64,000 nt of DNA from Actinomycetes bacterium (GTDB lineage: Bacteria; Actinomycetota; Acidimicrobiia; Acidimicrobiales; Ilumatobacteraceae): NCBI GenBank assembly GCA_025358125.1, contig JANYKS010000008.1, forward strand, positions 54,815 through 118,814. The letters are read 5' to 3'. Both the position numbers and the translations under genes were made by a program. The notes beneath the pieces are model-generated. The model searched no databases. It saw only the letters and a list, made by a program, of their open reading frames with translations, and had not been told where the DNA came from. Below, in pieces: positions 56,889-64,000 of this stretch (its first letter is position 1; every line of letters starts with the position of its first letter).

Positions 56889-57355
56889 CGGTGGGCGCCG
56901 GGTTTGGCCTTGCGCAGGCGGGCCGGTGTGGCGGCTGCTTTCTTCTTCTTCGGGCGCCGATCCAAGCGCAGTACGAACCGCAGCCCGCTCCAGGTCTCAT
57001 CGATCGCGCAGACCTTGTTATCGACCCAGCCGGTCGGCAGGAACTCCTCGCGGAGCACACCTTCGTTGATATCGGTCGGGACGGCGCTCGCCTTCTTCGG
57101 CCATGCGAGCCAAATAGATCCTTCCGGTGTGGTCGCTGCAACCAACGCCGGCCAGTTGGCGACGAGCGCCGAGCGGCTGGTGTGGAACGCGATGACGACA
57201 TCGAGCGGGGGACGCACCCGGTTCGCCCACTCGACGCCAAGCGGCAGCTCACCGAGGTTGTCGCGGAAGTCGGCCGGGGCGTTGACAGCAGCAAGGCGCG
57301 TTCCCTCCTTGATGCCCAGTTTCTGGATGAGTTCTGTCTTGGAGTAACCGGCCAC
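56885..57355 (-). CDS. DUF3052 family protein
   Basis: (M)AGYSKTELIQKLGIKEGTRLAAVNAP N-terminus, characteristic of DUF3052. GTG start. Confidence 0.65.
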   Translation of the reverse strand: MAGYSKTELIQKLGIKEGTRLAAVNAPADFRDNLGELPLGVEWANRVRPPLDVVIAFHTSRSALVANWPALVAATTPEGSIWLAWPKKASAVPTDINEGVLREEFLPTGWVDNKVCAIDETWSGLRFVLRLDRRPKKKKAAATPARLRKAKPGAHR

Positions 57356-57373
57356 GATGGATCCCTTTGGTGC

Positions 57374-57763
57374 TCAGGCCCGGCCCATGATGCGGTCGAC
57401 CTGGATCTCGATCGCCACCCGGTCGGGGCGCTCTCCCGGCTGGCGATAGCGGGCAGCGTATCCCTCGGCCGCTGCCGTCACGCTCTCCGGGTCGGTCGCG
57501 AGGCGGACGGTTCCCTCCAGCGTCAGCCAGCGGCGACGGTCGATCTGGCACACGGCTGCGCGCCCGCCACGAGCCGCATTGCGAGCCTTGACCGCCGACG
57601 CGAACGTGATGACGCGTACGAGATGCTCGGCCGCCGAATAGCTGAAGCCGACGGCCACCACATGGGGAGTGCCGTCGGCGCGCATTGTGGTGAGGGTTGC
57701 GAGATGGCGCTCGGCCAAGAACGCGAGCACCTCGTCGCCAGGGTCAGCGAGATCGATTGTCAT
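57374..57763 (-). CDS. PPOX-class (pyridoxamine 5'-phosphate oxidase-like), probably F420-dependent, small oxidoreductase
   Basis: 129 aa. FLAERHLATLTTMRADGTPHVVAVGF is typical of the PPOX class found in actinobacteria. Confidence 0.65.
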   Translation of the reverse strand: MTIDLADPGDEVLAFLAERHLATLTTMRADGTPHVVAVGFSYSAAEHLVRVITFASAVKARNAARGGRAAVCQIDRRRWLTLEGTVRLATDPESVTAAAEGYAARYRQPGERPDRVAIEIQVDRIMGRA

Positions 57764-57772
57764 GGTCTCCGT

Positions 57773-60322
57773 TCAGGTGCCGGTCGAGATGGCCTGGAGG
57801 ACATCGAGTTTGGTCGCCCGCCAGGCCGGAATCACTGCTGCCACCACGCCGACCACGAACGCCGTGATCACGATCACTGCGATGGCCGTCGTCGGAATGC
57901 TGTAGTGCGACAGGCCCTGGTCCTTCAGCGCGACGATGACGATGTAACCGAGCACCAGCCCGAGTAGGACTCCGACGATCGCACCGTACAGCGACGTGAG
58001 CACGCTCTCCCAGCGCACCGTCGTGCGGACCTGCGATCGGGTCATGCCGACCGCGCGGAGCAGGCCGATCTCTCTTCGGCGTTCGTACACCGCGAGCAGC
58101 ATGGTGAGCACGATGCCGAACACGGCAATGACCACCGACAGCGCGAGCAGGCCGTAGATGAACGACAGGCTGCGGTCGATGATGTCGCTGCGGCCGTCGA
58201 TGAACTGCTGCCGGTTTTGCAAGGTGCCGACGCCGTAGGTCTTGATCGCGGCGTTGACCACCGCCCGCAAGGCGGTGTCTGACACGCCCGGCGCCTTCGT
58301 CATGAACACGAACCCGGCGGTGTTGCTGACCGATGTGCCGTTGAGCAGATCGCGGTGGATCACGCGGGCCTGGGCGAGGTCACTCGATGCATAGATGCCG
58401 TCCACCGTCAGCGTCACGAACTTGGCACCGACCCGCATCGGAACCGTCGATCCGACGCTGAGGTGCTTGCGTGTGGCCTCGCCGGTGCTGATCAAAAGGC
58501 CGTCAGGGGTGAGCGCCGCGAAGGACCCCTCGACGAATTTGTAGTCGAGCAGGCCCTGAGCGGTCGCTGGGTTGATGGTCGTCGCAAAGACACCCTTGTT
58601 GGTCGTCGCGTCCTGGAGGCCGGCGAAGCCGAGGCCGGTTGCACCGCCAACCTCTGGCAGGGTGTTGAGTGTGTCGATGAAGCCCTGGCTGAAGCTCAGC
58701 GAACCCGCATTGGACGAATTGATCACATAGTCGCCGAGGAATTGCTTGCCGATCGTGTCGCGGAGTTGCTCCTTGATCGAGGCGGCGAAGACGCTCGCAC
58801 CGGTGACGAGCGCGACCCCGATGAGAACAGGTGCTGCCGTCCTCGCCGTGCGGCGCGGGTTGCGCTGTACGTTGCTGCGCGACATCGAGCCCGCAATGCC
58901 GCGGACGCGCTGCACGGGCGCACCGAGAACGCGCGCGATCGGGTTGGCCATCACCGGTCCGAGCAGCAACACACCGACGAAGATCGCGACCACCGCGAGG
59001 CCGAGCAGGATCGAATCGGCGCCGGCCAACACGCTTGCGATCGCCGCGATCCCGAGCGCGATGAACACCGCCGCCGCGATCACGCGCCCACGGTTGCTGC
59101 GCGCCTGTTCGAAGGCCGACTCGCTCATCGCGGCGACAGGCGCCACCCTGCCGGCGGAAACTGCCGGCACGATGGCCGCGAGCAACGTGGTCACTACGCC
59201 TGCAACCGTGGTGATGGCGACGGTGCTCACCGTGATCGACAGCGCACGCGCCGGCACCCCGAAACCGAACGCGTTGAGCAGGTTCCCGATCCCGAGCGCG
59301 AGCCCGGCGCCGGCGACGAGTCCCATCGCCGAACCGAGCAGCCCGATCACCACTGCTTCGACGAGCATCATGCGTGTGACCTGGCGCCGGCTCGCGCCGA
59401 TCGCGCGCAAGAGCGCGTTCTCGCGCCTGCGTTGCGCAGCCGTGATCGAGAACACGTTGTAGATCACGAAACATCCGACGCCGAGCGCGATGAGCGAAAA
59501 GATCGAGAGGAAGATCGTGAACAGACCGAGGCCCTTCTCGATCTCGGTTTGGCTCCGAGCGATGATCTCGGCACCCGTCAGCACCTGGCTGACCTCGCGG
59601 CCCTGGCCCTGATCCAGCGCCGCCTGCACGCGGTGCGCGAGCTCGTCGTCGGAGACGGTGCCGTCGCCCTTCACCAGCACGGCGTCGACGTAACCGGGCT
59701 TGGACACGAAGTTCATCGCGGTCTCGGCGTCGAAGAGCGCCCACGTCGCATCACCGAGCGTGGACACGGCGTTGTACCGGGCGACACCGACCAGCGTGAA
59801 CGACTTCGAGCCACCCTCGGCATTGACCTTCACGGTGTCGCCGATCGAGTAGTGGCCATCGGCGGTCGTCTGGTCATCGAGCACCACCTCGCCACCGTTG
59901 TCCGGCGCCCGACCGTCGACGATTTTCCACACCGTCAGGTCGCCACTGTTCAGCGTGCCGCCCGAAGTGGATCGGCTCGTGCGCTCGATCGGCCTGCCGT
60001 CCTTGGCGATGACTGATGCATCGCCTTGCACCAGCGCCTGGGCATCGACGACGCCGGGCACCTTCGCGACGAGCGCGACCGCCGAGAAAGCCACTTTGTC
60101 CCTGTGCTCGAAGCCGAACGCCGTCTCCACCGAGTTGGCCGACTGCACGTAGGCGTCCACCTTCTCGTACGACTTCGCGAACAGGGCGTCGAAGCTGCGT
60201 TGGAGGGTGTCGCGGAAGATGAATGTGCCGGACAGGAACGCCGTGCTGACGATGATTGCCAACGCCGTCAGAACGATACGCCCGAAACGGGCGGTCACGT
60301 TTCTGACGGCGAGGCGGAACAT
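57773..60322 (-). CDS. ABC transporter permease with two FtsX domains (MacB-like, 849 aa)
   Basis: N-terminus MFRLAVRNVTARFGRIVLTALAIIVS. Two FtsX-type 4-TM blocks are separated by large extracytoplasmic domains. Confidence 0.85.
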   Translation of the reverse strand: MFRLAVRNVTARFGRIVLTALAIIVSTAFLSGTFIFRDTLQRSFDALFAKSYEKVDAYVQSANSVETAFGFEHRDKVAFSAVALVAKVPGVVDAQALVQGDASVIAKDGRPIERTSRSTSGGTLNSGDLTVWKIVDGRAPDNGGEVVLDDQTTADGHYSIGDTVKVNAEGGSKSFTLVGVARYNAVSTLGDATWALFDAETAMNFVSKPGYVDAVLVKGDGTVSDDELAHRVQAALDQGQGREVSQVLTGAEIIARSQTEIEKGLGLFTIFLSIFSLIALGVGCFVIYNVFSITAAQRRRENALLRAIGASRRQVTRMMLVEAVVIGLLGSAMGLVAGAGLALGIGNLLNAFGFGVPARALSITVSTVAITTVAGVVTTLLAAIVPAVSAGRVAPVAAMSESAFEQARSNRGRVIAAAVFIALGIAAIASVLAGADSILLGLAVVAIFVGVLLLGPVMANPIARVLGAPVQRVRGIAGSMSRSNVQRNPRRTARTAAPVLIGVALVTGASVFAASIKEQLRDTIGKQFLGDYVINSSNAGSLSFSQGFIDTLNTLPEVGGATGLGFAGLQDATTNKGVFATTINPATAQGLLDYKFVEGSFAALTPDGLLISTGEATRKHLSVGSTVPMRVGAKFVTLTVDGIYASSDLAQARVIHRDLLNGTSVSNTAGFVFMTKAPGVSDTALRAVVNAAIKTYGVGTLQNRQQFIDGRSDIIDRSLSFIYGLLALSVVIAVFGIVLTMLLAVYERRREIGLLRAVGMTRSQVRTTVRWESVLTSLYGAIVGVLLGLVLGYIVIVALKDQGLSHYSIPTTAIAVIVITAFVVGVVAAVIPAWRATKLDVLQAISTGT

Positions 60323-60351
60323 GCGTCGAGGTTACGAGCGACAGCGTGCGC

Positions 60352-62889
60352 TCAGGTCGTGGCGATTGCCTGGAGGATGTCGGACTTGGCGGCGTTGCGG
60401 GCCGGGATCCATGCCGCGATCACCGCGAACACGATCGCGAGAACGGCAAACGCGGCGATGGACACCGGCGCGACGCTGAAGGTGTTGAGACCCTTGTCGC
60501 GCAGCGCGCTCACCACGATCCATCCGAGAGTGAGGCCCAGACCCGTGCCCATGATCGCGCCGAGCAGGGCGGTGAGGATGGCTTCCCACCGGATGCTGCC
60601 CCTCACCTGAGGGCGGGTCATGCCGATGGCACGAACCAGACCGAGTTCTCGGCGCCGTTCGTAGACGGCGAGTAGCAGGGTCAACACGATGCCGAGCACC
60701 GCGATGAACACCGACATCAGCAGCAGCGCGTAGATGAAGTTGAGAAAGCCGTCCACGGCGGCAACCTGGTCGTCGATGAACTCGCTCCTTGTCTGCAGCT
60801 TGCTGCTGGCGTACTTGTCGGTGACCACCCTGATCGCCGCTTTGGCTTCGGTCGGTGAGACACCCGGCTTCGACTGCACGATGATCTGGCGGTCGTATAC
60901 GTCGCCGTGGCCCTTGAACACGGTGCGGTCGACGATGAGGTTGCCGAAGTCTTCACGGCTGAAGATGCCGGCCACGGTGAGTGTCGTGGTCGACTTGTCG
61001 ACGAAGACGATGTCGAGCAAGCTGCCGATGGTGAGGTGATCGCGGTCGGCCTTGGCCTTGGACACGACGATGCTGGAGGCGTCGAGGTTGGACCATCCGC
61101 CGGCGATGAAGCCGACGTCGAATAGACCCTCGGCATGAGCGGGATCCACTGCGAGGACGACCTTCGCGGATGGCTTGCCCTTCTCGACGATCTGGAGCAG
61201 GCCTGCTCCTACGCCGACTGCGTCCTTGACCTGCGGGACGGTGTTGAGGTCGTCGGCGAGCTTCGTCGGTAGCCCACCGAAGTTGCCCGCATCGGGGCTC
61301 GAGATGGTGAAGTCGCCGGTGAACTGATTGCCAACGGTTGTCCGGATCGAGCTCTGGATCGAGGAGCCCAGCGTCGCAACGCCGACGAGCAGGGCCAGGC
61401 CGATGCCGAGCGCGGCGGCGGTGAGCGCCGTGCGCTCCGGGCTCCGTGACGCGTTACGGCCGGCGATCTCGCCGGTCACGCCACGGAGCTTGCCGAGCGG
61501 TTTCGTCAACAGCTTGGCGAGCGGCCCGACGACGAGCGGTCCGAGCGCGATCAGCGAGGTGAACAGTCCGACCACCCCGACGCCTAGCCACTTCGCATCG
61601 GACTTGAATCCGAGGATGATGCCGACCACAGCGATGACGCTGAACACGCCGCCGACCGCAAGCCTCTTTCTGGACAGGCCGGAGCGGTCGATGCTGACGT
61701 CGCGCATCGCTGCCAGCGGAGGCACCCGGCCGGCGCGGATGGCCGGCAGTGTTGCACAGAGGAGTGTGACCACGACACCGACGACGAACGTGATGACGAA
61801 CGACGCAGGCTGGATCGCGAGCGACGTGTCGCTCGGCGCCTGGCCGACTGCACCGAGGATCTTCAAGATGAGAGTCGCGAGGCCGACGCCGCCGGCAAAT
61901 CCAAGTATGGCGCCGATGATGCCGACGATGCCCGCCTCGATGAACTGCGCCTTGACGACCTGACTTCGGTAGGCGCCGATGGCTCGCATCAACGCGTTGT
62001 CCTGTTGTCGCTGGGCCGAGGTGATCCGGAACACGTTGTAGATGACGAAGCTTCCGACAAGGAGGGCAATGGCCGCGAAGATCGTGAGGAACGTCGTGAA
62101 GAAGCCGATGCCCTTCGCGATCTCGGACTGGGTCTTGGCCGTGATCTCCGCGCCGGTCAGGACCTCGATGTCCTTGGTGTCGAACAGCTTCTGGATCTCG
62201 CCTTTGAGTTGAGCGTCGCTGACCGAACCGTCGCTCTTGACGGACACCGCGTCGAGCAGGCCTGGCTCACCGATGACGAACTCCTGGGCCGTCTTCAGGT
62301 CGAACAGGGCCCAGGTCGCACCGCCGGACGTGTCTGATCCGGCGAACGTGACAATGCCGACGACGTTGAACGGCTTCGCCGCCTTGGCCGTGACGGTGAC
62401 CATGTCGCCGACCTTGATGTTGCCGTCCTTGGCCGATCTCTTGTCGATCACCACCTCGTCGGGGCCGCTGGCGATCCGGCCCTCATCGAGCTTCCATGGC
62501 GACGTCTTCTCAGCGGAGAACGCACCGCCGAACTTCGGCGGACCGTCGATCCCGATTTGCTTGCCGCTGCTCGTCGAGACGCGGGCGAAGCCCTGCACCT
62601 CGCCGCTCGCCTCGGCAACGCCCGGCACCGCGCGGATCTTGTCGAGGACGGTGTCGGGCAGCCGTCCCCTCGTGTTCGCGCCGAAGTCGCCCTCGATGAT
62701 GTTCGCCGAGCGGATGAACGCATCGGTCTGGGCATAGGCGTTCGCGAAGAGGCGATCGAAACTGGCGCGGATGGTGTCGCTGAACACGAACACGCCGCTG
62801 AGGAAGGTGCAGCTGGCGATGACGGCCATGGCCGTGAGGAGAAGCCGACCCTTGCGGGCCAGCACGTTTTTCATCGCGATCCGGAACAT
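60352..62889 (-). CDS. ABC transporter permease with two FtsX domains (paralogue, 845 aa)
   Basis: N-terminus MFRIAMKNVLARKGRLLLTAMAVIAS. Collinear with the downstream paralogue. Confidence 0.85.
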   Translation of the reverse strand: MFRIAMKNVLARKGRLLLTAMAVIASCTFLSGVFVFSDTIRASFDRLFANAYAQTDAFIRSANIIEGDFGANTRGRLPDTVLDKIRAVPGVAEASGEVQGFARVSTSSGKQIGIDGPPKFGGAFSAEKTSPWKLDEGRIASGPDEVVIDKRSAKDGNIKVGDMVTVTAKAAKPFNVVGIVTFAGSDTSGGATWALFDLKTAQEFVIGEPGLLDAVSVKSDGSVSDAQLKGEIQKLFDTKDIEVLTGAEITAKTQSEIAKGIGFFTTFLTIFAAIALLVGSFVIYNVFRITSAQRQQDNALMRAIGAYRSQVVKAQFIEAGIVGIIGAILGFAGGVGLATLILKILGAVGQAPSDTSLAIQPASFVITFVVGVVVTLLCATLPAIRAGRVPPLAAMRDVSIDRSGLSRKRLAVGGVFSVIAVVGIILGFKSDAKWLGVGVVGLFTSLIALGPLVVGPLAKLLTKPLGKLRGVTGEIAGRNASRSPERTALTAAALGIGLALLVGVATLGSSIQSSIRTTVGNQFTGDFTISSPDAGNFGGLPTKLADDLNTVPQVKDAVGVGAGLLQIVEKGKPSAKVVLAVDPAHAEGLFDVGFIAGGWSNLDASSIVVSKAKADRDHLTIGSLLDIVFVDKSTTTLTVAGIFSREDFGNLIVDRTVFKGHGDVYDRQIIVQSKPGVSPTEAKAAIRVVTDKYASSKLQTRSEFIDDQVAAVDGFLNFIYALLLMSVFIAVLGIVLTLLLAVYERRRELGLVRAIGMTRPQVRGSIRWEAILTALLGAIMGTGLGLTLGWIVVSALRDKGLNTFSVAPVSIAAFAVLAIVFAVIAAWIPARNAAKSDILQAIATT

Positions 62890-62890
62890 G

Positions 62891-63652
62891 TCATTCTCCG
62901 AAGCGCTTCAGGCGGTCGAGCACGGTCTGCGATGTCGGGTTCTGCATCTCGTCGACGACGCGGCCATCGGCGAGGAAGATCACCCGATCGGCGTAGCTCG
63001 CGGCGACGGGGTCATGGGTGACCATCACGATGGTCTGGCCCAGTTCGTTGACGGCGCGGCGCATGAAGTCGAGGATCTCGGCGCCGGTGCGGCTGTCGAG
63101 GTTGCCGGTTGGCTCGTCGGCGAAGATGATCGTCGGCTTGCTGGCGAGCGCGCGGGCAACGGCGACGCGCTGCTGCTGACCGCCGGACAGCTCGCTCGGG
63201 CGGTGCCGTAAACGATCGCGGAGGCCGACGGTGTCGATGACGCGGTTGATCCAGGCTTCATCGCCCTTGGAGTTGCCGAGCAACAGCGGGAGTCGGATGT
63301 TTTCCTCGGCGGACAGCGTCGGGATCAGGTTGTAAGCTTGGAAGATGAACCCGACTTCGCGGCGGCGGAGCTCGGTCAGCTGCTTGTCCTTGAGCGAGGC
63401 GAGGTACGTGCCTCCGATGTAGACGGCCCCTGAGGTCAGGCTGTCGAGACCGGCCAGGACGTGCATCAGCGTTGATTTCCCTGATCCGGAAGGGCCCATG
63501 ATCGCAGTGAACTTGCCGACCTCGAACGCGACGGTGACGCCGTCGAGGGCGCGGACTTCGCTGTCGCCGGATCCGTAAATCTTCAATGCGTCGACAGCAC
63601 CGGCAGCGGCCGTCGCCGTGGCCGTGGCAACAGGGGTTTGAGCGTGAGTCAT
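62891..63652 (-). CDS. ABC transporter ATP-binding protein (MacB/LolD-type)
   Basis: Walker A GPSGSGKST, signature LSGGQQQR, Walker B IIFADEPTG. Start ATG 63652. The stop lies 1 nt before the permease start. Confidence 0.9.
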   Translation of the reverse strand: MTHAQTPVATATATAAAGAVDALKIYGSGDSEVRALDGVTVAFEVGKFTAIMGPSGSGKSTLMHVLAGLDSLTSGAVYIGGTYLASLKDKQLTELRRREVGFIFQAYNLIPTLSAEENIRLPLLLGNSKGDEAWINRVIDTVGLRDRLRHRPSELSGGQQQRVAVARALASKPTIIFADEPTGNLDSRTGAEILDFMRRAVNELGQTIVMVTHDPVAASYADRVIFLADGRVVDEMQNPTSQTVLDRLKRFGE

Positions 63653-63935
63653 AGGTGCATGTCTACAGTGAGCGCAGCCCGGTTCACTCCCCACCCGGGG
63701 GTGATCTCGGTCCACCGTTGGCGGACGTCGGTCAGGAGCTTGATCTGCATCCAACCGACATGGGTCTCGATCGTGGGCTCACCCGTCACGCAATCCAACC
63801 GGTTTCGACTCGGCGTCAAAGCTGAGGATGAGTGGCTCACGCCGCAGGTCTGAGGCCGGAAACGGTGAATGGTGTGACGAAACCGGGGCGCATCATCCTG
63901 ACGGCGATCTCGCCCGCATGCCGTACGATCCCCAT

Positions 63936-64000
63936 GTGAGTTCGTGCCCGTCCTGTGCCAATCCGGTTGCTGCCGGCTCACGCTTTTGTCCGACGTGCGG
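63936..64000 (+). CDS. 5' fragment of a zinc-ribbon protein (runs off the window)
   Basis: GTG 63936, then SSCPSCANPVAAGSRFCPTC (CxxC-x10-CxxC). A TACGAT -10-like hexamer lies 6 nt upstream, suggesting a leaderless mRNA. Only 21 codons are visible. Confidence 0.35.
   Translation, partial: MSSCPSCANPVAAGSRFCPTC

Noticed and set aside
55799-57967. 722-aa plus-strand ORF
   Set aside because: It spans the CoA-transferase 3' end, the hydroxyacyl-CoA dehydrogenase gene (different frame), and the antisense strand of DUF3052, PPOX and the permease. It has no domain signal and is a GC-driven open frame.
58355-60016. 553-aa plus-strand ORF and 413-aa minus-strand alternative frame (58503..59744) inside the first FtsX permease gene
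   Set aside because: Both overlap the 849-aa permease ORF, which has clear FtsX and TM organisation and a paralogue next door. Their translations are Arg/Asp/His-rich low-complexity sequence.

Overview
High-GC, gene-dense chromosomal segment with about 65 protein-coding genes. The gene content looks like Actinomycetota: a GpgS/FolP2-like pair, mycofactocin-type and F420/PPOX-type genes, DUF3048 and DUF3052 proteins, and an LPXTG surface protein. I recognised no rRNA, tRNA, CRISPR array, transposase or integrase. Most genes are metabolic. They include two acyl-CoA ligases; a ketone/lactone-type island (Baeyer-Villiger monooxygenase, MBL lactonase-like hydrolase, SDR, split transketolase, Zn-ADH, AcoR-like regulator); a 2-oxoacid dehydrogenase E1a/E1b/E2 operon; a TetR-controlled carotenoid-oxygenase-family gene; aguB-aguA; a folate/GpgS cluster; ung; an ECF sigma module; CoA-transferase plus hydroxyacyl-CoA dehydrogenase; and an ABC ATPase with two giant FtsX-type permeases. 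The most notable locus is 49210-54681, minus strand. Six genes with overlapping stops and starts join an EtfA/FixB-FixC-FixX-EtfB/FixA electron-transfer module directly to mftE-like and mftF-like mycofactocin maturation genes, and no mftA/B/C/D is present in the window. Other points worth a second look:
- a PAS-GGDEF/EAL gene split by a 1-nt shift at a G4 run, with a degenerate EAL domain;
- two palindromic operators in a 50-bp TetR/oxygenase divergent region;
- a duplicated 45-nt hairpin element plus a terminal hairpin in a 500-bp gap upstream of the LPXTG gene;
- an unusually long (Ser-Pro)n linker in the E2 subunit;
- a membrane-anchored pseudo-JAMM protein.
Several very long ORFs in the track are antisense or out-of-frame artefacts of high GC and were rejected. 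All functional calls come from motif reading by eye; no database search was possible.
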